59,473 bases of DNA from Candidatus Moraniibacteriota bacterium (GCA_903893925.1 CAITOC010000010.1:1-59473), one strand, 5' to 3'. Shown: positions 24,912 to 34,583, numbered from the stretch's first letter. Notes: generated by a model from the sequence alone, not told the origin. Made by a program: numbers and translations.

Positions 24912-26486
24912 GTGTATCGACCGTTCGTACTCATCGTGCTCGACGGATGGGGAGTAAGCAATGTTACTCAAGGAAACCCGATCCGAGAAGCGAAGCTCCC
25001 CACCTTTGAGAAACTCAACCGATTCTATCCGTTTACAACCCTTCAAGCCTCCGGCATCTCGGTAGGACTTCCCTGGAATGTGGTCGGGAACAGCGAAGTG
25101 GGACACATGACCCTCGGTGCCGGCCGGGTCATCTATCAGAGCCTCCCGCGGATAGCCCTCTCCATTCAGGATGGAAGTTTTTCACGCAACCCCGTTCTCC
25201 TCGCCGCTATTGAAAATGTAAAGAAGCGCGGTGGCCGTTTTCATATCATGGGACTCCTCAGTGCTGGATCGGTCCATTCGAACAAGGAACACCTCGACGC
25301 CGTTCTCAAATCAGTAGCCGACGAAGGAATATCCGAAGCGTTCGTACACGTCTTCACAGACGGGCGTGACTCCTCCCCGACCGACGGAGTGGTCCAGATC
25401 CAGATGCTCGAGAAACACATGCGTCTCCTGGGAACAGGACGTATCGCTTCGATTATCGGTCGCAACTGGGCGATGGATCGAAACAATAACTGGGATCGGA
25501 TCGAGAAGGCCTACCGTATGCTTACCGAAGGGAAGGGCGAGCATACGACCGACGGTGCACTCTACGTTGAACAGTCGTACGCCAAGGGCATAACAGATGA
25601 GTTCATCGAGCCCGGCATCGTCTGTGACGCAAACGATGAACCGATCGGCCTCATTCGGGAAAAAGATACCGTTCTCTTCTTCAATTTTCGTGAAGACCGC
25701 GCCCGCGAAATCACCAAGGCGTTCGTCCTTCCGGGATTCCAAAATTTCGAACGAGCGAAGGATCCCGATATCCATTTCGTGACCATGACCGAATATGAGC
25801 GGGATTTGCCTGTTTCCGGCATCCTCTTCCCACCGGAAACGGTCTCAAACTGTCTCGGAGAAATCCTTTCGAACGCCGGGAAGAAACAGCTCCGGATAGC
25901 CGAAACCGAAAAATACGCCCACGTCACCTATTTCTTCAATGGTGGCAAAGAACGCGCTTTCCCCGACGAAGACCGGCTCCTCATTCCCTCTCCGATCGTC
26001 TCCCGTTTCGATGAGGTGCCGGAAATGAGTTCCGGAGAGATAACGGACACCCTCGTCCATACGATAGAGGGCGGAAAATATGATTTCATCCTCACTAACT
26101 ACGCGAATCCGGACATGGTGGCCCACACCGGAAACGAGACGGCGACCATCGAGGCAGCCGAATCGATCGATCGGTGTCTCGCGCTCCTTGTCCCGGCGAT
26201 CCTACGGGCCGGTGGAGCACTCATGATTACCGCCGATCACGGGAACGCCGAAGAGCTCAAGAATTCGGCGACCGGCGAGGCCGACACCGAACATTCCCTC
26301 AATCCCGTCCCCCTCTGGTACATCACGCCTGACAATCACCGGGAAAAGGATGCCGACCTCATGATGCGCGAACAAAATGAGGTTCGTGGCCTTCTCTCCG
26401 ACGTTGCGCCGACGATTCTCGAGATCATGCAGATCCCTCAACCGGCGGACATGAACGGCTCGAGTCTCCTGCCGATACTGCAATAA
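24912..26486 (+). CDS. gpmI: 2,3-bisphosphoglycerate-independent phosphoglycerate mutase
   Basis: RPFVLIVLDGWG, GNSEVGHMTLGAGR, ADHGNAE. The ORF opens at 24816. I prefer GTG 24912 (giving MYRPFVLIVLDGWG) because of the promoter at 24838-24867. ATG 24816 or 24858 remain possible. Confidence 0.9.
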   Translation: MYRPFVLIVLDGWGVSNVTQGNPIREAKLPTFEKLNRFYPFTTLQASGISVGLPWNVVGNSEVGHMTLGAGRVIYQSLPRIALSIQDGSFSRNPVLLAAIENVKKRGGRFHIMGLLSAGSVHSNKEHLDAVLKSVADEGISEAFVHVFTDGRDSSPTDGVVQIQMLEKHMRLLGTGRIASIIGRNWAMDRNNNWDRIEKAYRMLTEGKGEHTTDGALYVEQSYAKGITDEFIEPGIVCDANDEPIGLIREKDTVLFFNFREDRAREITKAFVLPGFQNFERAKDPDIHFVTMTEYERDLPVSGILFPPETVSNCLGEILSNAGKKQLRIAETEKYAHVTYFFNGGKERAFPDEDRLLIPSPIVSRFDEVPEMSSGEITDTLVHTIEGGKYDFILTNYANPDMVAHTGNETATIEAAESIDRCLALLVPAILRAGGALMITADHGNAEELKNSATGEADTEHSLNPVPLWYITPDNHREKDADLMMREQNEVRGLLSDVAPTILEIMQIPQPADMNGSSLLPILQ

Positions 26487-26717
26487 GAAAGGAGGTCACC
26501 AGCATGCCCCGTGACCGATCCTCCAGCTGGCGGGGAGGTTTTACGGGGTCACCAGCCTGCCCCGTAGTCGCATTACGACAGTACAGAGTCACCCGCCCTC
26601 ACTATTGTTTCGTCGTGGAAGAGAAAATCAGGAACGGAAGATGAGACTCGTACAGAAGTAAATTGATTTATTCCAGTTTGCTATTCCGGAGCTATGCTCC
26701 GTCTCAATGCGGTGCTG

Positions 26718-26807
26718 ATACCAAATGAACTGAATCACTGTTACGTTCAGGAGTTCGCCCCGGCATTCGCGGGGCGGACTCCTCCGGTAGCGATATACAA
26801 CACATCA
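26718..26807 (+). repeat. ~90-nt hairpin repeat family, copy A
   Basis: ATACCAAATGAACTGAATCACTGTTACGTTCAGGAGTTCGCCCCGGCATTCGCGGGGCGGACTCCTCCGGTAGCGATATACAACACATCA. An inverted ATTTGGTATC at 26833-26842 mirrors its 5' end. Confidence 0.8.
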
Positions 26808-26844
26808 AGTTATTTCGGCATAATTTAATTAATTTGGTATCACT

Positions 26845-26874
26845 AAAAAACTCCGGCATATACCGGAGTTTTTT
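26845..26874. terminator. Bidirectional terminator between convergent gpmI and clpP
   Basis: AAAAAA CTCCGG catata CCGGAG TTTTTT. Confidence 0.6.
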
Positions 26875-26992
26875 AGAATTCTTTTTTCAGGCCTCTCCCT
26901 TTCCTCGGGCGGGTTCCCGACCCCGTAGAGACGGTATATGCCCCGTCTCTCCACCGACTTTCGACTTGATAGACTTGTGCCTGTTCACTTCT

Positions 26993-27577
26993 TTATGAAA
27001 TCACCTTGTCGACGATACCGTATTTTTTCGCTTCTTCGGCCGTCATGAAGTAATCGCGTTCGGTATCATGTTCGATCTTGGCAAGCTTCTGTCCCGTATG
27101 CTTCGCAAGGATACGATTCAGCCGGTCTCGGGTCTTGAGGATATGCTTCGCATGGATCTCGACTTCCGTCGCCTGCCCCTCCGCACCCCCAAGCACCTGG
27201 TGAATCATCACCTCTCCGTTTGGCAAGATCATACGCTTTCCCTTGGCGCCCGCCGAGAGCAGAAGTGCTGCCGCGGATGCCGCCATACCGACGCATATCG
27301 TCGAGACGGCAGGCTTCACATATTGGATCGTATCGTAAATCGCGAGCGCCGCCGTGACCGACCCGCCCGGAGAATTGATATACAGACGGATATCCTCCTT
27401 CCGGTTCTGCGAATCGAGATAGAGAAGCTCCGCGATGACCGTATTCGCCACGGCATCGTCGATCGGCGACCCGAGAAAGATGATCCGATCCTGCAACAGT
27501 CGGGAATAGATGTCATACGCCCGTTCGCCGAGGCTCGTCTTCTCGACGACTATGGGGACGAGATGCTGGTTATTCAT
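26993..27577 (-). CDS. clpP: ATP-dependent Clp protease proteolytic subunit
   Basis: 194 aa. [36 protein letters not shown]. Confidence 0.93.
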   Translation of the reverse strand: MNNQHLVPIVVEKTSLGERAYDIYSRLLQDRIIFLGSPIDDAVANTVIAELLYLDSQNRKEDIRLYINSPGGSVTAALAIYDTIQYVKPAVSTICVGMAASAAALLLSAGAKGKRMILPNGEVMIHQVLGGAEGQATEVEIHAKHILKTRDRLNRILAKHTGQKLAKIEHDTERDYFMTAEEAKKYGIVDKVIS

Positions 27578-27590
27578 ACATTTGGATGTT

Positions 27591-27680
27591 ATACCAAATT
27601 AACTAAATCCCTGTTACGTTCAGGCGTTCGCCCCGGCATTCGCAAGGCGAACTCCTCTGATAGCGATATTCAACACATCA
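27591..27680 (+). repeat. ~90-nt hairpin repeat family, copy B (between tig and clpP)
   Basis: ataccaaattaactaaatccctgttacgttcaggcgttcgccccggcattcgcaaggcgaactcctctgatagcgatattcaacacatca. The reverse complement of its 5' end, extended into the flank, gives TGGTATAAC about 11 nt upstream of the clpP ATG. Confidence 0.8.
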
Positions 27681-27693
27681 CATTCCTTCGATA

Positions 27694-28983
27694 CTACAAC
27701 GTTTCCAAATACACGAGGACCTTCTCATTACGTGAGCGCTCGCGAATGGCTGCATAAATCGCGGTCAGATCGAGGTCCTTTTCCGCCTGCTTGACGCTCT
27801 TCGCGTATGCGAGCACTTTGTTCATCTCCGCCTCGATTTCCTCGGTCGCGACATCGATGTCTTGCTCCTTCGCGATCGATTCGAGTGCGAGCTGCGACAA
27901 GATCCGCTTCCCCGCCTGCGGGCGCCACTCGGTTGACAAATCTTCCTCGGTCTTTCCCATACGGGACAGATAATCCTCAAGGGAAAGGCCGGTCATAGCC
28001 GCCTGTTGTCCGAATTCGGAGATCATACGCCGAAGTTCACCCTCGATGAGGACATCGGGAAGTTCGGCCTTCGTCTCGGCAACGATCGCATCGAGGATCT
28101 CGGTGCGATGTGTTTCCTTGCGCTGTTCGTCCTTCTCCGAGTGCATCCCTTCGCGGACACTCGCACGCAACACTTCAAGGTTTTCGAACCGTCCGAGCGA
28201 CTGCGCAAACTCGTCGGTGAGCTCGGGAATCTCCTGCTCCTGCACGAGGAGGAGCTTCACGGCGAATTCCGCGGGTTTCCCGGCGAGCGTCTTCTCGTGA
28301 TACTCGTCTGGGAATGTGAGCGTGAATGTCTTTTCCTCGTCAGCTTCCATACCGATGACCGCATCCTCGAAACCCGGAATAAACGCGCCCGATCCGAGTA
28401 CGATCGGGTGCTTGCGTCCCGTCCCGCCCTCGATCGGCACCCCGCCACGACTCACGGTGAAGTCGACCTCGACCGCATCACCATCCTTGGCGGCACGGTT
28501 CACGGTCACAAGCTTCGCCCGGCTTCGCGCGACGCGTTCAAGTTCCTTCCCGATTTCCTCTTCGGAAACCTCCGTTTTGTCCTTCGCATACTTTGCGTTT
28601 ACAGAGCGTGCGGCCTTCTCCCATCCGCCGAGCGCCGCTTCCGGCATGATATCGGTCGTCACGGTGAAACACAGGGATTCACCCTCGTTCACGTCATCGA
28701 GACGGATTTCCGGCTTGCCGATCGCATCCACCTTGGCCTCGTGTATGACCTTCGGAAACAGGTGGTCGATCGCATGTTCCGCCCCTTCGATGAGGACGGT
28801 CGCCTTGCCGAGTTTTTTTTCCAGGACCTCACGCGGGATCTTTCCGGACCGGAAGCCTTCGATCTTCACGCTCTTGGAAAGGTGTTCGACCGCGTGTCCG
28901 ATTTCTTCTTGCCATTCCTCCCACGGGATCGAAACAGAAAGTTCCGCCTTCGACTTGGGAAGTCGTTTCACCGAGACATCCAT
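27694..28983 (-). CDS. tig: Trigger factor
   Basis: ORF trimmed to ATG 28983 (MDVSVKRLPKSKAELSVSIP). The FKBP-like middle domain (FIPGFEDAVIGM) and overall layout are typical. Confidence 0.9.
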   Translation of the reverse strand: MDVSVKRLPKSKAELSVSIPWEEWQEEIGHAVEHLSKSVKIEGFRSGKIPREVLEKKLGKATVLIEGAEHAIDHLFPKVIHEAKVDAIGKPEIRLDDVNEGESLCFTVTTDIMPEAALGGWEKAARSVNAKYAKDKTEVSEEEIGKELERVARSRAKLVTVNRAAKDGDAVEVDFTVSRGGVPIEGGTGRKHPIVLGSGAFIPGFEDAVIGMEADEEKTFTLTFPDEYHEKTLAGKPAEFAVKLLLVQEQEIPELTDEFAQSLGRFENLEVLRASVREGMHSEKDEQRKETHRTEILDAIVAETKAELPDVLIEGELRRMISEFGQQAAMTGLSLEDYLSRMGKTEEDLSTEWRPQAGKRILSQLALESIAKEQDIDVATEEIEAEMNKVLAYAKSVKQAEKDLDLTAIYAAIRERSRNEKVLVYLETL

Positions 28984-29026
28984 ACGCGAAAAATAAGTAA
29001 GAATGAAAAACCACCATCCGTCGTCG

Positions 29027-30283
29027 CTATTCGGCAGCTTCGGCAGTATCCGTCGCTTCAGGAGCTTCGACAGCCTCTTCGGCCACGACCGGAACCCCGG
29101 TACCCGAGACATCGATACGGCATCCGACGAGCTTCGCCGCGAGCCGGACATTCTGTCCGCGCTTGCCGATAGCGAGTGAGAGCTGATCCTCGGGAACGGT
29201 CACCTTGGCACGCTTGCCGTCCGCATCATCCTCGGAGATCTCCACCGAGACGACCTTGGCCGGACTCATCGCCGCGATAATGAACTTCACCGGGTCCTCG
29301 CTCCATTCGATGATATCGACCTTCTCGCCACCAAGTTCGTCGATGACCGCCTGCACGCGCGTCCCACGCTGACCGACGCACGAGCCGATCGGATCGACGC
29401 CTTCCTGATTCGCGGAAACCGCGATCTTGGTCCGGGAGCCGGCCTCGCGTGCGATCGCCTTGATCTCCACGGTACCTGCGGTGATCTCGGGAACCTCAAG
29501 TGAGAAGAGGTGACGGATCATGTCCGGATGCGAACGCGACAACACGAGTCCGGGACCCTTGGATTCCGCCTCGACACGGACCAGATACACCTTGATATGC
29601 TGTCCGATACGATAGCTTTCGGTCTCGACTTGTTCGGACGGGAACAGGATGCCGACCGACTTGCCCAAGTCGACATAGATGTTCCGACCCTCGATACGCT
29701 GGATGATGCCGTTGAGCACTTCGCCCTCGTGATCCTTGTATTCCTCGAACATCACCTCGCGTTCCGCCTCGCGCAGGCGCTGGATGACGACCTGTTTGGC
29801 CGTCTGTGCCGCGACACGACCGAAGTCTTCGTGCGACGGGAGTTCGATCTCGATGATGTCTCCGACTTTCGCCGTCTTCTTGATAAGCTTTGCGTCTTCG
29901 AGCGTCAGATCTCGCTCGGGGTTGTACCGCGGAAGACGGTCCTCGTCCACTGCCTCGTCGACGACGGGAGCGACGACTGTCGTTTCTTCATCGGTCTCTT
30001 CGGTTTCCTCCACAAACTCGCGGGTCGTCTCGTCGACGACTTCCTTTACGAGGAAGAAGCTCGCCGTCTTGGCGATCTCGTCAAACTGCGCACGGATGAC
30101 CTGGCTCTTCTTGCCGTAGTCGCGCTTGTATGCGACGGCAAGCGCCGCCTCGACCACTTCGAGCACCTTCTCCTTCGGAAGACCCTTCTCGTCCACGATC
30201 TGCATGATCGCACTGCCGAACTCACCGAGCCGCCCCGAGAGACTCTGCTCCGGTTCCGGAGCCGCTTTCTTTCTTGTTGCCAT
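29027..30283 (-). CDS. nusA: Transcription termination/antitermination factor NusA
   Basis: ORF trimmed to ATG 30283. S1 and KH regions are present (GIIQRIEGRNIYVDLG, IGSCVGQRGTRVQAV, LAIGKRGQNVRLA). Confidence 0.92.
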   Translation of the reverse strand: MATRKKAAPEPEQSLSGRLGEFGSAIMQIVDEKGLPKEKVLEVVEAALAVAYKRDYGKKSQVIRAQFDEIAKTASFFLVKEVVDETTREFVEETEETDEETTVVAPVVDEAVDEDRLPRYNPERDLTLEDAKLIKKTAKVGDIIEIELPSHEDFGRVAAQTAKQVVIQRLREAEREVMFEEYKDHEGEVLNGIIQRIEGRNIYVDLGKSVGILFPSEQVETESYRIGQHIKVYLVRVEAESKGPGLVLSRSHPDMIRHLFSLEVPEITAGTVEIKAIAREAGSRTKIAVSANQEGVDPIGSCVGQRGTRVQAVIDELGGEKVDIIEWSEDPVKFIIAAMSPAKVVSVEISEDDADGKRAKVTVPEDQLSLAIGKRGQNVRLAAKLVGCRIDVSGTGVPVVAEEAVEAPEATDTAEAAE

Positions 30284-30504
30284 AGTGTTACTGATATTGT
30301 CACGCTTCCGAATATATCGGAACGCGACACTGTTTAATGACGTATGAATCACACGGAAGCAAGTTGGAGACGGGTCTCTTTTTGAACCGAGAACGGCCCT
30401 CTAAAGAAAAAAGTCCGCTCGCGCGAACTCCGTCACCATCCCTATCCGTATGACCACAGTATAGGGCGAAACGGGACTTCTGTCAAATGGCTGAAGTATG
30501 GATA

Positions 30505-30574
30505 ATACCAAATGAACTGAATCACTGTTACGTTCGGGAGTCGGACTCCTCCGGTAGCGATATACAACACATCA
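30505..30574 (+). repeat. ~90-nt hairpin repeat family, copy C (hairpin tip deleted)
   Basis: ataccaaatgaactgaatcactgttacgttcgggagtcggactcctccggtagcgatatacaacacatca. Confidence 0.8.
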
Positions 30575-30748
30575 CGTTTTATCGGAATACGTTCCACTTG
30601 CAACAATCTTACAAGACCATTACCGGAGCTCACCCCGCCCTTCGTGAAGAGCATGGCGAACTCCGCTCAGATTATTTAGTTGAATAATGCCTTTTAAAAG
30701 CCATAATCCGTCAATTTTTGTCCGATTTTCCATTTTCTCACACATTGA

Positions 30749-30777
30749 TTGACTTTTCCGCATATTCATGCTACAAT
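30749..30777 (+). promoter_or_regulatory. Promoter: -35 TTGACT, 17-nt spacer, extended -10 TGCTACAAT
   Basis: TTGACT at 30749-30754, TACAAT at 30772-30777. It lies about 95 nt upstream of the ATG at 30871, which has an AAGGAGG RBS. Confidence 0.55.
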
Positions 30778-30870
30778 ACCCTGTTACGGTTCTTCGTGCC
30801 CGCCTTCGGACACCACGTAACGGGCACGTTAAAATTTTCATCAAACATCATATAAACACAAGGAGGCTAT

Positions 30871-31830
30871 ATGCCATTCGGATTAGACGTTAATGATATC
30901 GACCTGATTTCAGCATGGGATCTGATTCAACTCTCCATGAAGGCGCTCAATTGGTTAAAAAACACCAAAGAGAAAGTCCCGACGGCCGAAGGAAATCCAG
31001 AAGACGTTTTCCTCAAGGGGACAGCTGATCCGGAGATGCTTCAGTATCTGCTGACACTCTGCAAGAAGGGCACCGACCTGTTCTTGTACGCCCTCATGGG
31101 CCGACTCACCGAGAAAGAAGCGAAAGGATATACGTATTCAATCCTTCGTTTCCCGAATCGGTTACGGGAAGAGACCGTCCATGCGTCCCCGAAGGGGATT
31201 GGATTCGGTGTCGAACCGAAAAAAGGGAAGGAACAGAAAAAAACCATCGACCCGAGGGGGACGGGAATGGATTCACGCGTCCTCTATCTCGAACAGCAAT
31301 ATGAGATGTGGATGCGACTCGTAGACGATGGGAAGACCAAGGATGAAGCCTATGCGTATATCATCGACGTCCTCAAGAAAGGCCAGTTCCTCGATCGGGA
31401 AACCCTCGAAGAGAAGGCGAAAAAAATCTGGGACGAGCTGGTCGAGGCTTTGAAAGACAAGGAGCCGATGATCAATACGATGATTTATCGCACCATTCTC
31501 GGTGACGAGTATGAATGCGTACAGCGGGCAGGCGGATCATTCAGAGATACCTGTCTCAAGAAACTCGGACGGACGAAGGCTGAAAAGGAAGAGAAGTGGA
31601 AAACCGAAAGGAGAGAAATATGGTTGACCGCGATTTTTGGAAAACCTTCGAACAAAAAACGTCCGGCAAGGATAGCTGCTGGAGGATCAAAATGGGAAGG
31701 AATCAAAAACAGGATGCTTGAAATGCAATCGGGGCCGATCATGGGGCGCAAGGGGTTCATCCCGTTGGCATTTGCGATTTTTGTCGTCATCATGATTCTC
31801 TTCGAGTTCTTGTCACATTGGAAACATTAA
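30871..31830 (+). CDS. Hypothetical tail-anchored protein (helical, K/E-rich, single C-terminal TM)
   Basis: 319 aa, with an AAGGAGG RBS. The C-terminal helix is GFIPLAFAIFVVIMILFEFL. No known domain was recognised. Confidence 0.6.
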   Translation: MPFGLDVNDIDLISAWDLIQLSMKALNWLKNTKEKVPTAEGNPEDVFLKGTADPEMLQYLLTLCKKGTDLFLYALMGRLTEKEAKGYTYSILRFPNRLREETVHASPKGIGFGVEPKKGKEQKKTIDPRGTGMDSRVLYLEQQYEMWMRLVDDGKTKDEAYAYIIDVLKKGQFLDRETLEEKAKKIWDELVEALKDKEPMINTMIYRTILGDEYECVQRAGGSFRDTCLKKLGRTKAEKEEKWKTERREIWLTAIFGKPSNKKRPARIAAGGSKWEGIKNRMLEMQSGPIMGRKGFIPLAFAIFVVIMILFEFLSHWKH

Positions 31831-31852
31831 TCGAACACAAAAATTATTGAAA

Positions 31853-33070
31853 ATGGCAACGAAAGACATAACAACATGTGCGACCCCGGCAGAAGCTGGA
31901 ATCGATATCGAGATAGGTCTCCTGATGACGTACATAAAGGAGGCGGCAAGAATTGCCGTTGAAAAGATCAAGGCGCAATTCTTCGTGATAAAACTCTGGT
32001 TGGCTGTCATCCTTCTCGGATACAGTCTCTTGTGCTTCACTGCCTCATATCATGAGTGGCATGGGATACCGGCACTGCTCTTCGTACTCCTCACACTGGG
32101 GAATGCGATCGTCGCCTTCTCTGCGAAAGGAATCGGCTACAGTGGGAGTTCAGGAGCCATCGTGAACGGGACGCCGGGAATGACCATCGGTCAGCTCCTC
32201 ACCGCTCCGTTCACCGATGAAAAATGGCCAGACTTCAAAACCAAAGACTTCCTGACGGCGGGGCTTGAGATGACGAAGAAGTTCTGGCTCGCCCAGTTGC
32301 ACCTGACAATCGTTGCTGGTCTGGTAGCGGAGTTCTCCGAACTCGTCACCCTCCATTCGATGGCCGGGGTAATAGTCATGCTTTTGCCGATTATCGTTCT
32401 TGTCGCTTTCTCCCTCACGGAAAAGGTGACGGAAACAAAGTGGTACAAGCGGATCGTCATCGGTATGTCCGTCCCGACACTCATTGTCGGGCTCGTGATG
32501 GCGATTTACCCGCTGACCCGCACCGAATCAATGGCGGAAAAGATCCAGAAGGAAAACGCTGTAAATAAGGACCTGGCCGCCGAAGAACGGCTCCAGGCGA
32601 TCTGGAAGAAGGTCCACGGGAATAAGGGGAGAAAAGGGGTGATGACAAAGGATGAGGAAATCGCCGTTAACAAAGCGGTGAACGAATCCGGCTCAGTGAT
32701 CAGCGCGATTAATACTCCTTTCACAAGCAGTTCCAAAAAAACATTCAGCGTGACCATCAAGGATCTCGGGTCGCATTCGTATCCCGTCCCGAACGGCACA
32801 TGGACGTTTCGACTCGTCGACGCAAGTCCGATAGTCTACGTCTATATACCGGATGCAAGCAGTAACACGGGAAAGAAAGCGGTGAGAAATGATCTGAAAG
32901 ACCCGTCGTACACGCTTGTTGCGGGAAATGGAACAGTGAACGGTGGTAAGATAACGGTGGCTGACGGGAAAGTCGCCTTTCGGCTTCGCGTCCCTCCAGA
33001 TACTGAAGAAAACCTGAAAACGGGAAACTTCAAGATCGGCGAATCGACGGTCAACGTCGCATTCGAATGA
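31853..33070 (+). CDS. Hypothetical polytopic membrane protein with C-terminal beta-rich soluble domain
   Basis: The ORF opens at TTG 31847; ATG 31853 is preferred. There are about 6 hydrophobic helices, then a coiled segment, then a ~110-aa T/V/G-rich C-terminal domain. Confidence 0.6.
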   Translation: MATKDITTCATPAEAGIDIEIGLLMTYIKEAARIAVEKIKAQFFVIKLWLAVILLGYSLLCFTASYHEWHGIPALLFVLLTLGNAIVAFSAKGIGYSGSSGAIVNGTPGMTIGQLLTAPFTDEKWPDFKTKDFLTAGLEMTKKFWLAQLHLTIVAGLVAEFSELVTLHSMAGVIVMLLPIIVLVAFSLTEKVTETKWYKRIVIGMSVPTLIVGLVMAIYPLTRTESMAEKIQKENAVNKDLAAEERLQAIWKKVHGNKGRKGVMTKDEEIAVNKAVNESGSVISAINTPFTSSSKKTFSVTIKDLGSHSYPVPNGTWTFRLVDASPIVYVYIPDASSNTGKKAVRNDLKDPSYTLVAGNGTVNGGKITVADGKVAFRLRVPPDTEENLKTGNFKIGESTVNVAFE

Positions 33071-33076
33071 CAACGG

Positions 33077-33120
33077 AAAAAACGGCCCGGGAGCAACTAC
33101 TCCTCGGCCGTTTTCTTTTT
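33077..33120. terminator. Bidirectional terminator between the unknown operon and the pilin operon
   Basis: AAAAAACGGCCcgGGAG..CTCCtcGGCCGTTTTCTTTTTT. Confidence 0.6.
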
Positions 33121-33139
33121 TCCGTAGATATGGAATGGC

Positions 33140-34093
33140 TTATGCCGTTCCCGAAAGGAGCGCGGTGACAGTGCGGACAACGATGAGTGACAAGACGATG
33201 ACCGCGATACCCATGATTGCGAATTTCACGATACTCTTGGCCGTTTCGGCACGTTTCTCGTCACCTGCGGCGGCAAAGAACATGAATCCGCCGATGACGA
33301 GCATGATCATCGCGAGCAGTCCCGAAACGCCGAGAAGGAAGTTCAGGAGACCCTGGACGATTTCGACCACGGACTTGGCGCTGCTCACCTCGGTCGGCAC
33401 CTGCGCACTCCCCCATCCGAGTACGTCGCCGACCGCCTTAAGCAAAGACGGTGCGACCACGCCGATCGCGAGGCCGATCATCGCCGCGGTAATCATCTTC
33501 TTGGCAGTACCGATCTTCTTCTCATCGCCGGCCGACGTGATATAGAAGATGCCACCGAGCACGAGGAAGAGCAGTGCGAGCCAGACGATGATACCCTGGA
33601 AGGCCGTGAGGAACACCGCCGTCGCCCCCTGGACGGTATCGAATGCGAGTGGATTCGTGAATGTGACGGAAGAAGTGCCTCCGCCCGTCGTGCCGGTTCC
33701 GCAACATATCTGGCTCGCCGAAGTGCAGGTTCCCGATTGTATCGTCAGGCCTCCCGTACAGGTAGTCCCCGTCTGGCATGTCCCCGTACAGGCACCGCCA
33801 ACAGTCCCATAGGTGGCATCATAATTGGCATCGGGGACGGTAGCGAGAGGCGTGGCCGTCACGCCATATTGGAACTTCGGACGACCGGAACACTGTGAGT
33901 TACAAAGCTTCTGCGTATCCTCGAAAGAGGAAGAGTCTACCGTGGTGCCATCGGCCTGCACACAGGCGCAATTCATTCCCGCCGGCATGGTTGCCGCGAA
34001 AGCGGTCATCGGGACGACACCTGAGAAAAGAAAAACGAGCGAACCAAAAAGAAAGAAAGCAGAGCGAACGGATGATGGGATATTTGTATGCAT
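33140..34093 (-). CDS. Fused double T4SS-type (TrbC/VirB2-like) pilin with Cys-rich N-terminal head
   Basis: Signal peptide, then a Cys-rich ~130-aa region (CACVQADGT..CNSQC..), then two tandem two-helix pilin units, each centred on an (S/A)AGDEK(K/R) loop (YITSAGDEKKIGTAKK and FFAAAGDEKRAETAKS). Confidence 0.7.
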   Translation of the reverse strand: MHTNIPSSVRSAFFLFGSLVFLFSGVVPMTAFAATMPAGMNCACVQADGTTVDSSSFEDTQKLCNSQCSGRPKFQYGVTATPLATVPDANYDATYGTVGGACTGTCQTGTTCTGGLTIQSGTCTSASQICCGTGTTGGGTSSVTFTNPLAFDTVQGATAVFLTAFQGIIVWLALLFLVLGGIFYITSAGDEKKIGTAKKMITAAMIGLAIGVVAPSLLKAVGDVLGWGSAQVPTEVSSAKSVVEIVQGLLNFLLGVSGLLAMIMLVIGGFMFFAAAGDEKRAETAKSIVKFAIMGIAVIVLSLIVVRTVTALLSGTA

Positions 34094-34151
34094 ATTTTTT
34101 GATAAAACGTCCCGTAAGAAACGACTGCGAAAAAATATCGACTGGTATCAA

Positions 34152-34583
34152 TCAATAGGTCGTCGTCGAGGAACTTGCCGTGACGAGTTGCTCTATGGTG
34201 TAGACGACTACATAACCGAGGAGCGCGACCGCGACACCGATAATCGCATATTTGATATTCCCTTTTGCTGCTTCGGTCCCCTTCTCATCACCACCGGCCG
34301 TAAGGTATTGGAATCCGGCCACCACGAACATGATGATGGCGATAAATCCGAGCATGCCGAGGAGCCAGTTCATGACATTGGTAATCACCTGTCCCGCCGA
34401 CGTTTCCGGCAGGCCGGTCGACGTGCCGGAGGGGACGCAGACTCCGCCCATGGCAGTACTGTTGGCATCGCAGGTCACCGCGGCAAGAGCGCCGTGCGAT
34501 GCGAGGACCGCCGATACGAGGACCACGAGAGACAGGATACGAAGGCCGATCAGTCTGAGTGTTTTGGTATGATATACGTTCAT
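34152..34583 (-). CDS. T4SS-type (TrbC/VirB2-like) pilin
   Basis: ORF trimmed to ATG 34583 (signal MNVYHTKTLRLIGLRILSLVVLVSAVLASHGALA). Core NVMNWLLGMLGFIAIIMFVVAGFQYLTAGGDEKGTEAAK. Ends ...SSSTTTY. Confidence 0.7.
   Translation of the reverse strand: MNVYHTKTLRLIGLRILSLVVLVSAVLASHGALAAVTCDANSTAMGGVCVPSGTSTGLPETSAGQVITNVMNWLLGMLGFIAIIMFVVAGFQYLTAGGDEKGTEAAKGNIKYAIIGVAVALLGYVVVYTIEQLVTASSSTTTY

Noticed and set aside
28006-30337. Long + strand ORFs (28006..29172 at 388 aa, 29510..30337 at 275 aa) opposite tig and nusA
   Set aside because: These are shadow ORFs of well-supported housekeeping genes. The same reasoning applies to 23435..24406 (rny), 35505..36467 (SBP), 38850..39647 (SDR), 40499..41335 (SulP), 48827..49612 (906-aa gene) and 12573..13184 (DUF4012).
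30779-30824. Antiterminator alternative pairing (CCCTGTTACG with CGTAACGGG) in the leader of the unknown operon
   Set aside because: The 5' arm overlaps or precedes the expected transcription start (~7 nt after the -10 hexamer ending at 30777). It is probably not fully transcribed. Only the terminator-like hairpin is reported.
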